A stretch of 64,000 nt of DNA from positions 497,089-561,088 of the forward strand of contig DBBP01000008.1 of assembly GCA_002292285.1 (NCBI GenBank), written 5' to 3'. This stretch comes from Proteobacteria bacterium UBA981 (GTDB lineage: Bacteria; Pseudomonadota; Gammaproteobacteria; Ga0077536). Shown one piece after another: positions 28,202 to 36,987 of the stretch (positions are counted from its first letter, which is position 1; each line of letters starts with the position of its first letter). The position numbers were made by a program, and so were the translations under genes. The notes beneath the pieces are model-generated. The model was not told where the DNA came from and did no database searches. It saw nothing but the letters and a program-made list of their open reading frames with translations.

Positions 28202-28999
28202 ATGCCCCATATCAATCGCGACGGCGTAAACGTGTTCTATGAAAGTTTTGGCGAAGGCTCACCGACGCTGGTATTCCTCCACCCCTGGAGCACCAATCAC
28301 TACATCTGGGCTTTCCAGGTTCTCAATTTCTCGCAGAAACATCGCTGCCTGGTTGTCGACCATCGCGGTCACGGACAGTCAGACAAACCCGCGGAAGGCT
28401 ATGGCATCGATGAGATGGCCGCAGATGTGGTTGCGATACTCGATGACGCTGGCGTTGATCGCGCAGTTCTCGTCGGCAACTCCATCGGTGGCATGGTTGC
28501 TATGCAAACCAGTCTCGATACACCGGACCGGGTCATTGGCAATCTCATCCTAAGCAGCGGCACGAATGTCGGCGCCGACACGCCGCCGGAAGTTGCCGAA
28601 GCCATGCAGGCCGATTGGCGCGCTGTGTTCGGCGGTCTTATGGATGCCGGTATCTCCGCCAAATCAAAAGTCGAGCGGCCGGAAATTAAGGCCTATATGG
28701 ATGGTTGCTTCCATACTGACAGTAATTTCAATGACGCCGTGTTCTGGGCCAGCGTGGCTGACCCGAAAGGCGTGTTCAACTGGAACATTTCCGACCGTCT
28801 GAAAGACATCACCCAACCGACCATGATCATCGCGGGTGAAGAAGATGGCGCGACAACACCAGAGCAGAATAAGTTTCTTGCCGACAATATTCCCGGCGCG
28901 AATCTGAAAATGTATAAGGACGTCGGCCATTTCTGCCAAATGGAAAAACCCACCGACTTCAACGCTGATCTGGCCGCCTTCATCGCCAAGGTTGCCTGA
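28202..28999 (+). CDS. Alpha/beta hydrolase
   Basis: Start at ATG 28202 (MPHINRDGVNVFYESFGEGSPTLVFLHPWS). It has the nucleophile elbow GNSIGG and a C-terminal His block (DVGHFCQMEKP). Confidence 0.8.
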   Translation: MPHINRDGVNVFYESFGEGSPTLVFLHPWSTNHYIWAFQVLNFSQKHRCLVVDHRGHGQSDKPAEGYGIDEMAADVVAILDDAGVDRAVLVGNSIGGMVAMQTSLDTPDRVIGNLILSSGTNVGADTPPEVAEAMQADWRAVFGGLMDAGISAKSKVERPEIKAYMDGCFHTDSNFNDAVFWASVADPKGVFNWNISDRLKDITQPTMIIAGEEDGATTPEQNKFLADNIPGANLKMYKDVGHFCQMEKPTDFNADLAAFIAKVA

Positions 29000-29015
29000 A
29001 TCTGATGCCTGCTAG

Positions 29016-29042
29016 CCACCGGAGTCGTCCTGACTCCGGTGG
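29016..29042 (+). other. Perfect 11-bp stem-loop (CCACCGGAGTC-gtcct-GACTCCGGTGG) between the hydrolase and the cupin-like gene
   Basis: The inverted repeat was read directly from the sequence. No T-tract follows, so its role (terminator, RNA stabiliser or protein site) is open. Confidence 0.35.
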
Positions 29043-29065
29043 ACTGCTGAACAGGAAAGTCCCAC

Positions 29066-29683
29066 ATGCAAACTGGCCGCAGCGCCGACGACTACGTCGA
29101 AGTTCACGATGAACCGGATCACCGCCATGCACTGAGCAACGAATTCGCGTGGGTCTACCAGGTCCGTCTCGCGCCCGGCGCCGATACCTTGTGGCACCGG
29201 CACACCGAAGACACGATTTATTTCTCGCTGGCTGAAACGCGGGCCCGTGAACAATTTCCAGATCAGGACACCGTGGTGACGGACGTGCCGTGTGGTGCCC
29301 TGCTCTCGCGCCCGCATCGCAACGACCCACTCATCCATCAGGTCAACAACGTCGGGCAGGATACTTTTCACATGGTCGGGGCAGAAGCACTGGCGCAACC
29401 GCCAGTCCATCCTGCCAAGGTCCTCTCGGCTAGTGCGCATACGCTGGAACTTGAAACCGATCGTTTCCGTGCTTACCGGATTACCAGCGGCGAGGCGACC
29501 CATACGGTCACCTACGATCGATATGGGCTCATTGTGAGTCTGACAGTGGGCGTGCTGCAGATCCGAAGCGCCACCGCGTCCACGGCTGTGGCGCTCGAGC
29601 GCGGCACAGTATTATGGATTGAGCCGAGCTGCGAAGTTGCTTTTTCGCCTGGTGTTGGCGCATTTTTCGCTGAGTGGCGTTAG
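29066..29683 (+). CDS. Hypothetical protein, possibly cupin-like
   Basis: 205-aa ORF in a clean intergenic slot. LAPGADTLWHRHTEDTIYF resembles a cupin metal-site strand. I see nothing else I recognise. Confidence 0.45.
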   Translation: MQTGRSADDYVEVHDEPDHRHALSNEFAWVYQVRLAPGADTLWHRHTEDTIYFSLAETRAREQFPDQDTVVTDVPCGALLSRPHRNDPLIHQVNNVGQDTFHMVGAEALAQPPVHPAKVLSASAHTLELETDRFRAYRITSGEATHTVTYDRYGLIVSLTVGVLQIRSATASTAVALERGTVLWIEPSCEVAFSPGVGAFFAEWR

Positions 29684-29710
29684 TGGTTCAGCCCGCTGCT
29701 GAACGAACAT

Positions 29711-29729
29711 AAAAATCGCGCAAGCGCGA
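29711..29729 (-). terminator. Candidate intrinsic terminator for the CpxP-like gene
   Basis: The minus strand reads TCGCGC-tt-GCGCGA followed by TTTTTAT, just after the stop at 29731. The stem is short with a tight loop, so support is only moderate. Confidence 0.4.
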
Positions 29730-29730
29730 C

Positions 29731-30117
29731 TTACTTCACCGCTGAGCGACTCAGCACACCTTTGTCGTACTTCACTTTTTGCTCGTCAGTTAGGATTGCG
29801 CGCATTTCGACCAGGTGGGCATAACGCAGCCGTAGTATCTGCGTTTTCGCAGCCATGAGTTCGTCGATTTTCGCGTTGATATCGGCGAGATCCACACCCT
29901 CTTGCACCGTCAATTCATTCACAGCCTTTAGCGCGGCTGCTTCCTGTGTCTTGTATGGCGCTTGTGCTTCATGGAGAACGTGATGCATGTGGCCGATTGC
30001 AGCTTTCTGCTCGGCGCCCGGATCCGCAATCTCAGCAGCAAGCAAAACCCAACTGCTTAGCAACATAATCAACAGTAAGAGAAACTGCGCCAGATGGTGG
30101 TGTACTTTCATGGTCAA
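29731..30117 (-). CDS. CpxP/Spy/ZraP-family periplasmic protein (LTxxQ motif)
   Basis: 128 aa with a signal peptide and helical character. It has the LTxxQ-type motif ILTDEQKVKYD. Confidence 0.65.
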   Translation of the reverse strand: MTMKVHHHLAQFLLLLIMLLSSWVLLAAEIADPGAEQKAAIGHMHHVLHEAQAPYKTQEAAALKAVNELTVQEGVDLADINAKIDELMAAKTQILRLRYAHLVEMRAILTDEQKVKYDKGVLSRSAVK

Positions 30118-30219
30118 ACCCTGATTTGAAATGTCGCGGCTAAACTAACATGGACGCCCGGTACAGGCGCGAACGGCCTCGCGCTATCTGCAGGCCGGCC
30201 ACCGGAACGACATATCGGA

Positions 30220-30675
30220 CTACGGTGAGTCGCATACGTGCGCGCTGGTATCCGGCGCTTGCTGGGCTAATGTTGCCAGGGTCGGCAATAGCCCTTTGAG
30301 CCCAACCGAACATTCGGCCAGCCGTTTCAGCGCCTTCGATTCACCGACACGTGCGGCGAATGCAGTGGCCGCTTCCTGGGCAGCATCGCGCTGACCAGCT
30401 GCGCACCACGCCTGAATTTGCGCCATGAGTGATTCGCTGTTACCCGTAATTGTGGCCAATTCGGCATTATCCAGATCGTGCAGGCAGCTCTGCATTTTTC
30501 CCGCCTGGTCGACAATCATGTTCATTTGGGCTTCGTTTGGCTGCCCCATATCCTTCAGTTGTTCCATGAGTTCGCGTAACTGTTCAGCATCGTAGTCGTT
30601 GGCGTGGACCATGCCACTACACATGGACAGCAGCACCACGGCAGCGAAAGCGGACAAAGTGAATGGTTTCAACAT
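30220..30675 (-). CDS. Secreted all-alpha hypothetical protein (5 Cys)
   Basis: Start at ATG 30675. The signal peptide is MLKPFTLSAFAAVVLLSMCSGMVHA. The rest is Gln/Ala/Glu-rich and helical, with no family recognised. Confidence 0.5.
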   Translation of the reverse strand: MLKPFTLSAFAAVVLLSMCSGMVHANDYDAEQLRELMEQLKDMGQPNEAQMNMIVDQAGKMQSCLHDLDNAELATITGNSESLMAQIQAWCAAGQRDAAQEAATAFAARVGESKALKRLAECSVGLKGLLPTLATLAQQAPDTSAHVCDSP

Positions 30676-30778
30676 CGAATTTCCCTGGCGGCCTGCGGAG
30701 CGCATGTGCTCGGATTATGAGCTAAGGACCAGCTTGCAATCGTGACGCCGTTCACGACTGCAAGCCGACTCGTGCGGT

Positions 30779-31270
30779 TTAGCGATAAGGGTTCGCGAGA
30801 TGACCACCGATAGCGTAACCGGCTACCGCACCTGCCGCGGTTGCGGCAAGCTGCCCGGCGCCCTGGCCAATTTGCGAACCGATGTAACCGCCCAAAGCGC
30901 CGCCGACGGCGTTACCCAAATTAGGCGAGCCTGCGTAACTGCGGCGCGGATAATAGGCGCGTGGCGCGTAGGTCTGACGTTGCACCACGACCGGCGCCGG
31001 TCGGTAGTAAGAGCGGTGGCGGGGCTGAACGAAACCACTATGCACGTTCACCACCACATCGAATGAGCTACCGCGATGTCCTCGACGGTGTCTGCGATGC
31101 CCGTGGGCTCGGCGTGACGCGTGGCGATCATAACCGTGGCAGGAATGATGCTTGGCGCGATGGTGGTCGCGCTGATGCCCATAGTCGTGAGCACTAACGG
31201 TGGCAGTGCCGAAGGCCAGACACAGACCGGCCCCAACGCTAACGATAAGCTTACGGAAGGAATAGTTCAT
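30779..31270 (-). CDS. Glycine-zipper (Rick_17kDa/SlyB-like) envelope protein with a His/Arg-rich segment
   Basis: A signal peptide ending GTATVSA is followed by HDYGHQRDHHRAKHHSCHGYDRHASRRAHGHRRHRRGHRG. The C-terminus is a glycine zipper (GNAVGGALGGYIGSQIGQGAGQLAATAAGAVAGYAIGG). Confidence 0.65.
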   Translation of the reverse strand: MNYSFRKLIVSVGAGLCLAFGTATVSAHDYGHQRDHHRAKHHSCHGYDRHASRRAHGHRRHRRGHRGSSFDVVVNVHSGFVQPRHRSYYRPAPVVVQRQTYAPRAYYPRRSYAGSPNLGNAVGGALGGYIGSQIGQGAGQLAATAAGAVAGYAIGGHLANPYR

Positions 31271-31404
31271 GGTGAGCTCCTTATCGCCACAACGGTGGCT
31301 GCTGGCGCATAAATGACGCGCCGTGAGTTTGTAGATTAGGTGGTGACGGGTGAATCGCTCCTGAACGGAAATGCATCTAATAAAAGACAGCCGACAGTGT
31401 GCAT

Positions 31405-31920
31405 TCAGCGGTGTGCGTACAAACGCAGCAGATTGTCGATGTGATATGCGGGCAGCGTAATGATTCGCTCAGTGCCTTCGAAATGCAGGTATTGTCCAAA
31501 ACCGTCAGGCGTGCGCCCACCGATGGCCAGAATCCACGAACGTTCTTCGGGCTGGAGGAATGCCAGTTCAATGCGCACGGATTTAGCATCGATTCCGTAG
31601 TGTTTTGGCTGTATCGCAGCGAGCGAAAAATCGCGCTCGATGCGAGCAGTACTCAACATTCGCACACGGGCATCAATGAAGCTCGATGAATCGGCATTGG
31701 AGGTTGCGCAACATGGCTGGCCACCGACATAAACCCACCCGCCTGCCATGCGCTCAATAAGCACCTTGGAATCTCCGCGTCTGAAAGTTATCGTCGTGAG
31801 CGTCTCGATGCCGTCCGGCAGCAAGAGCCGGTCGATGCGGTGACGTGCGACGCTTTCATGGCGACCGGCATCGCCGAACCAGACATAGCCGCCCAACACC
31901 AGTCCACCGGCAAACACCAT
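31405..31920 (-). CDS. DUF4340-like protein (usual partner of GldG-type ABC systems)
   Basis: 171 aa with an N-terminal TM helix. AIQPKHYGIDAKSVRIEL resembles the DUF4340 'yGLd.P..v.l' block. It lies directly downstream of the GldG-like gene. Confidence 0.5.
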   Translation of the reverse strand: MVFAGGLVLGGYVWFGDAGRHESVARHRIDRLLLPDGIETLTTITFRRGDSKVLIERMAGGWVYVGGQPCCATSNADSSSFIDARVRMLSTARIERDFSLAAIQPKHYGIDAKSVRIELAFLQPEERSWILAIGGRTPDGFGQYLHFEGTERIITLPAYHIDNLLRLYAHR

Positions 31921-31940
31921 TAACCATAACCCTGTGCGTA

Positions 31941-33314
31941 TCAGCGCCGCCTACCTCGAATCACGAGGCCCACAATGACCAGCAGCACTGGCCCCGCCAG
32001 TGTCGTCAGTAAAAATGTTGCCCTTAGTTCGGTATTGCTCATCCGTAGCTCGGCAAGAGCGTAGTCGCGCGGCACGATGTCAATCATGTTGCGGTGATCA
32101 GCGAGTTCGCTGACCAAGTTGAGAAATAATTGACCATTACCCAGCGCAGCGAAGAACGAATTGGTTGCGAAATCCCCATCGCCGAGTACAGCCACACGCC
32201 AGTCGCCCAATCGCGGTGTGACCAGCACAGCCAGCGTCCGCGCACGTAGTTCAGTATCGTCGTCTTCGAGATACGCGCCTGCACTGGTTTCTACCAGCGG
32301 CAGCACGTCGATCTTATCTGGCGTACCGCCGTTGTGCGGCATCAGCTCCGCTGCCCCGGGGAAAAAACTTAGCGCGAGACGTCGTGTGACGCGGTGACGA
32401 GTGTAGTCGCTGACAGCCGGCGTCGCCGGATCCGTCCAGTAATGGCGAGCCGGATCTTCGACGCGCGCACTGGTAATGGCAATACCATGTGCAGCAAGCA
32501 GGCCATCCAGGCCACTCGAAATATGTGGTTCAAGCAGCATCAATAAACTGCCGCCTTGCTGAAGATGCGCAGACAGTTGTGCCACTTCCCGGACCGAGAA
32601 GGACGCCTGAGGCGACGCGACCACCACGACATCGCAGCGCTGCAGCGCGTCTGGCCCCTGCACCAGCAGGCGCTGTTCCACCGTATAGCCAAGCACTTCC
32701 AGCGCGTTGCGTGCCATGCCCATGCCATGGCGTTCATGCAGCGTCAGGGGCCGCCCCCCGCTACCGTGACTGTGGCCATGATCATCACCCCCTTGTTCGA
32801 AGTGGTCATGGCTTTGCAGACTGAACGGATTACTTTCCAGGTGGCCATCGGTGAAGCACACGCGGCCGGTGGATTCACTGGTCACACGGATAAGCGCGTT
32901 GGTAAATTCGGTTTCGGTGGCGTTATTCACCACAACACGACGACTGCCGCTTTCAAACACCGTGGAGCCGGCGAACTTTACATCGAAGCGTTCAGCCGCA
33001 GCTGGTTCCAACACCGGATCATGATTCGCCAATGTAATTTTTGTGGACGCGCTGGCATAAAGTTCGAGCAGATATCGCGCATCCTGCATGGCACGGCTTC
33101 GAGTGTCGTAGAAAAAAGTCACAGAGACCGGTTGTCGAATTCGCTCAATGACGGCGCGCGTCGGAGCCGAAATGCTGTAAACAGAAGCGCTGGTTAAATC
33201 GATGCGCGCCGGATTGCGCACCGCCCACATATTCAATGCCACTGAGAAAGTCAGTACAGCTATCAGCGGTAATAGTCCATGCACGCGTCGTCTGAAAAGA
33301 ATCCCGGCCATCAT
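31941..33314 (-). CDS. GldG-like ABC-transport auxiliary component
   Basis: 457 aa with TM helices at both ends. RIDLTSASVYSISAPTRAVIERIRQPVSVTFFY is typical of the GldG/ABC_transp_aux family. It carries a His-rich insert, HDHFEQGGDDHGHSHGSGG. Confidence 0.7.
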   Translation of the reverse strand: MMAGILFRRRVHGLLPLIAVLTFSVALNMWAVRNPARIDLTSASVYSISAPTRAVIERIRQPVSVTFFYDTRSRAMQDARYLLELYASASTKITLANHDPVLEPAAAERFDVKFAGSTVFESGSRRVVVNNATETEFTNALIRVTSESTGRVCFTDGHLESNPFSLQSHDHFEQGGDDHGHSHGSGGRPLTLHERHGMGMARNALEVLGYTVEQRLLVQGPDALQRCDVVVVASPQASFSVREVAQLSAHLQQGGSLLMLLEPHISSGLDGLLAAHGIAITSARVEDPARHYWTDPATPAVSDYTRHRVTRRLALSFFPGAAELMPHNGGTPDKIDVLPLVETSAGAYLEDDDTELRARTLAVLVTPRLGDWRVAVLGDGDFATNSFFAALGNGQLFLNLVSELADHRNMIDIVPRDYALAELRMSNTELRATFLLTTLAGPVLLVIVGLVIRGRRR

Positions 33315-34028
33315 TCAGTAACGCCTGGCCGCGAGCACTTGCGCGGCCAGCACTAGCGCGCAGACACAAATGCTGATGAAGTAAACCACCGCGCCGCGCG
33401 AAATGACGCCCCTGATCAAATCAAGATACTGGACGGAAAAAGATCCGTGTTGCAGCCAGACCACTAACGCACTGCCAGGCACCAGATTGGCCGCGTAATC
33501 CAGGAACCAGAATCCGAGCAGGACGCCCCAGCTGGCGACCGCGGCAACGACCTGATTTTGCGCACAGCTTGAGGCCAGCACGCCGACGGCTGCACATGCC
33601 GCAGCCAGCAGGAATACCCCCACATAGCCACCAATGATCGGCCCATAATCCGGTTCTGCAGTCCACGCCAACACGGCGACGGCGACGCTGCTGCCGGCTA
33701 GCATCAGCGCAACCACGATCATCAAGGCCGTATATTTAGCGAGCACCAGGGTCGTCTCGCTGAGCGGCAGACTGAGCAGCAACTCGAGCGTGTCGTTGTG
33801 CCGTTCCTCGGCGAACGCTCGCATAGACAACAGCGGCATCATCAACAATAGCAACAAGCTCATGTTGTGAAAGGCAGTCACCATGTCAATAGCACTGACG
33901 AACAGCGCATTAAAACTGAAGAAAAATCCGCTGGCAGCCCAGAAAGTTGCGATGGCCACGTAGGCGATAGGGGTCACAAAATAGTGCTCGAGCTCGCGCG
34001 CAACGACAATTAAATAACCATTCATCAC
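33315..34028 (-). CDS. ABC-2 type transporter permease (GldF-like)
   Basis: 237 aa with about 6 hydrophobic helices. It abuts the GldG-like gene and overlaps the ATPase gene by 4 nt. Confidence 0.7.
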   Translation of the reverse strand: MMNGYLIVVARELEHYFVTPIAYVAIATFWAASGFFFSFNALFVSAIDMVTAFHNMSLLLLLMMPLLSMRAFAEERHNDTLELLLSLPLSETTLVLAKYTALMIVVALMLAGSSVAVAVLAWTAEPDYGPIIGGYVGVFLLAAACAAVGVLASSCAQNQVVAAVASWGVLLGFWFLDYAANLVPGSALVVWLQHGSFSVQYLDLIRGVISRGAVVYFISICVCALVLAAQVLAARRY

Positions 34029-34981
34029 GCTGCGTTACCTGCCTCAGCGCGAATGACAGCAATCAATCTTTGCTCGATATTGGCTACGCCCGACGCCACC
34101 GATTCAAGTGCCGTGTGATTCGCGAGCAAGCGCAGCAAGTCGGCGCGCCGCTCAACGGCGATGCTGACCACAAGCTGGAATTGTTCACCCGCCAGGCAAA
34201 CCAGGCCGCTCAAATCGAGTTGTGGGTCGAATGCCAGCAACGCCCTGCGCAGGGCATCGGTGTCGGTACAACTGAAGCGCGCGTCCACCAGCCCGCCCTC
34301 CGCGGCTGTACCTGCCATCGACAGGTCGGTCAGCGTGCCGTTGTTCAGGTACACCACGCGGGTACACAGCGCCACTACCTCTTGCATGATGTGGGTGGAA
34401 AATATCACTGCGCGATCGCGCGCTACCGAACGAATTAGTTCGCGCGCTTCGATAATCTGAAAGGGATCCAGCCCATTGGTCGGCTCATCGAGCAGCAACA
34501 CCCGGGGATCGCCGAGCAACGCCTGCGCCAAGCCGATACGCTGCCGATAGCCTTTCGACAACTGACCGATGATGCGACGACGGACGTCGACTAAATCGAA
34601 TCCCAGCAGCGCCTCGTCGACGGCTCGATCACGCGCTTGACCATGCAGGCCTCGTGCACCCGCGACAAAACGAAGATAACGCTCGACAGAAAACGGGTCA
34701 TACAGGGGAACGCGCTCGGGGAGATAGCCGATGTGACGTCGTGAGTCGGGGTGGTCGGGTCTGAGCGCTTGCCCGCCTGCGACAACCTGCCCCGAATCTG
34801 GCCAAAGATAGCCTGCTGCGATCCTGAGCGTCGTGGTCTTGCCGCAACCGTTTGGGCCAAGCAAGCCAACAATCTCGCCGGGCTGCACGAGCAACTCGAG
34901 TTGCTTCAGTACATCCTGACGCCGATAGCGCTTGCAGATACCGCGCAGTTCAAGTGCCGCGGGAGGGGATTCAGTACTCAT
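34025..34981 (-). CDS. ABC transporter ATP-binding protein (GldA-like)
   Basis: Motifs are Walker A GPNGCGKTT, signature LSKGYRQR, Walker B VLLLDEPTNGLD and an H-loop STH. Confidence 0.9.
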   Translation of the reverse strand: MSTESPPAALELRGICKRYRRQDVLKQLELLVQPGEIVGLLGPNGCGKTTTLRIAAGYLWPDSGQVVAGGQALRPDHPDSRRHIGYLPERVPLYDPFSVERYLRFVAGARGLHGQARDRAVDEALLGFDLVDVRRRIIGQLSKGYRQRIGLAQALLGDPRVLLLDEPTNGLDPFQIIEARELIRSVARDRAVIFSTHIMQEVVALCTRVVYLNNGTLTDLSMAGTAAEGGLVDARFSCTDTDALRRALLAFDPQLDLSGLVCLAGEQFQLVVSIAVERRADLLRLLANHTALESVASGVANIEQRLIAVIRAEAGNAA

Positions 34982-35035
34982 TGATCGGGCCTGCGCGAGG
35001 ATGTCGCGCAGGCCGCCAGGTTTGCAGTCGGAAGA

Positions 35036-35905
35036 CTAGTCGTAAGCGCTGTCGTGTTTGTGTTGACCGTATTGCTCAATTCCATGCGAATACCACAGCT
35101 CGCCCTGATGGACATCGCGCAAATTCTTCAGGCGATCAATTGATCTCATTGACTCGTAGGCGTTCCAGGTGATGCCTGGAACGACACCGGCTTCGTTGTC
35201 TGGCGTGTATACCGCATCACCGGCGAGGAACAAGGTGCCGGTATTTTTAAGCTTCACCATCACCGATTGATGACCCTGGGTATGCCCCTTGGTATCAAGC
35301 ACGACAATGGTGCCGTCACCAAACAGGTCGTAGTCGCCTTCAAGCTGAAGGTAGTTGAAGTCGCGGGCATCGTCGAAATCGCCCATCACAAAAGCGGATG
35401 CCTGGTATTTCTCGGGCCACCAGGCCGTTTTCATTTCGACCTTCTGCACGACGTGCGTCGCGTTCGGGAACATCTCCATGTTGCCGGCGTGGTCAAGATG
35501 CATGTGCGAAAGAATGACGTATTTGACGTCCTCAACCTTGTAGCCAAACTTCTCCAGCCACTTGTCGATCACCTCGTTGCGCTTCTGGATAGGCTGGAAC
35601 GCCTTACACAACTTACCCCAATGGCTTTCGCATTTGCCATCAGACACAGCCACGTTGTTGCCGGTGTCATAGAGCACCAGCCCACGCGGGTGATCGATGA
35701 TGTACATCGCCACAGGGACCTTGATCATTTTGCCGACATCAAGCATCGCGGTCAGCCACCCTTTGTCCATTTGCAGCACGCCGCTCGAAACCTGATAGAG
35801 CTTGATGGGTTGTTCAGCCTGCGCCGACGTCGTGAATCCGACGACGAACGCCAAAGTCAGAAACAAGGTGCGCAGCTGGGGCCCGCTAAGTGCCGCAATC
35901 AGCAT
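35036..35905 (-). CDS. Secreted MBL-fold hydrolase, N-acyl-homoserine-lactonase (AiiA/AttM)-like
   Basis: The signal peptide ends FTTSAQA. YVILSHMHLDHAGNMEMF carries HxHxDH, and DTKGHTQGHQSVMV...FLAGDAVY is laid out as in AHL lactonases. Confidence 0.7.
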   Translation of the reverse strand: MLIAALSGPQLRTLFLTLAFVVGFTTSAQAEQPIKLYQVSSGVLQMDKGWLTAMLDVGKMIKVPVAMYIIDHPRGLVLYDTGNNVAVSDGKCESHWGKLCKAFQPIQKRNEVIDKWLEKFGYKVEDVKYVILSHMHLDHAGNMEMFPNATHVVQKVEMKTAWWPEKYQASAFVMGDFDDARDFNYLQLEGDYDLFGDGTIVVLDTKGHTQGHQSVMVKLKNTGTLFLAGDAVYTPDNEAGVVPGITWNAYESMRSIDRLKNLRDVHQGELWYSHGIEQYGQHKHDSAYD

Positions 35906-36153
35906 CTGGGAAATCTCCTGTTGGTAAGATCGGCGCTAAACCGACCAGAATCGAGGCAGCGTTTATTGTAGCGCCACAGCTACAGCTTGGGGATTACTGT
36001 TGGTATTCATCATAAAAATAGCCGAGGCATGGGGTCTACGACGCCATGACCCGAGTAATTGTTGGGAATTCAACGCCAGGCGCGCTCCGAATCCTTGTCG
36101 GGGACGGTTATCTGGAGGCTTCCGGGTCTTCGTACCGCAACCTCGGATGTCGG

Positions 36154-36948
36154 TTAAATGTCATCAGAGATCGCATGCCCTTTGCCGCGCTTGGCACGCA
36201 TGTAGCGCAAATTATGTTCATTGACGCCGGCGATCAACGAGACGGATTCGCTGATTTCCTGCCCACGTGCCTCAAGTTGCGCGCGTTTGTCCGGATTGTT
36301 CGACAACAAACGTAGCGGCCGGCGCGCGAGCAAATATTTGAGTACTACGGCGGCATCGCCGAAATCGCGTGAATCCTCGGGCAGACCGAGTGCAACATTG
36401 GCCTGATAGGTATTGTGACCGCCATCCTGGAGCAAGTAGGTCACCGCTTTGGCCCACAAACCAATCCCTCGGCCTTCGTGACCACTCATGTACACGACCG
36501 CCCCGCCGCCTTCATTCTGCATTTGCTCAAATGCAGCATCGAGCTGGGGACCACAGTCGCAGCGGCGCGAACCAAACACGTCGCCGGTCAGGCAACAGGA
36601 ATGAATGCGCACCAGCGGTGTCTCTGAGATACGGAATCCCGGCAGCGCAAACACTGAATTAACCGACATGGAACTACTCAACAACTCGCGCAAGGCCTCA
36701 GTACCGCCATCGCCCACGTCACTCGCCGCATCCAGCACTGCCGACAACTCGGTACGCCGCACGAACGGATACCACTCCAGCATGACTTCAACGTCGCCGA
36801 TCGCACGCGGAATCAATACCGGCCCCAGGATCGAAATAAAAGCTTCCGCGTCGTCGCCACCCACGACTTCACTGTTTTGGTCGAGGGTTACCAGCAGGCC
36901 ATCGCTCTCAAGGCGGGCGCGAATGGATTCATCTACGTAGCTGAACAA
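36154..36948 (-). CDS. GTP cyclohydrolase II-like protein with atypical ~100-aa N-terminal region
   Basis: VRIHSCCLTGDVFGSRRCDCGPQLDAAF...GHEGRGIGL...SRDF...LRLLSNNPDK matches the RibA Zn-Cys and active-site blocks. There is no DHBP-synthase domain. Confidence 0.8.
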   Translation of the reverse strand: MFSYVDESIRARLESDGLLVTLDQNSEVVGGDDAEAFISILGPVLIPRAIGDVEVMLEWYPFVRRTELSAVLDAASDVGDGGTEALRELLSSSMSVNSVFALPGFRISETPLVRIHSCCLTGDVFGSRRCDCGPQLDAAFEQMQNEGGGAVVYMSGHEGRGIGLWAKAVTYLLQDGGHNTYQANVALGLPEDSRDFGDAAVVLKYLLARRPLRLLSNNPDKRAQLEARGQEISESVSLIAGVNEHNLRYMRAKRGKGHAISDDI

Positions 36949-36987
36949 TGGATCAGTCCTGTTGCTCTGTGGCGCTTAGCGCTTCGG

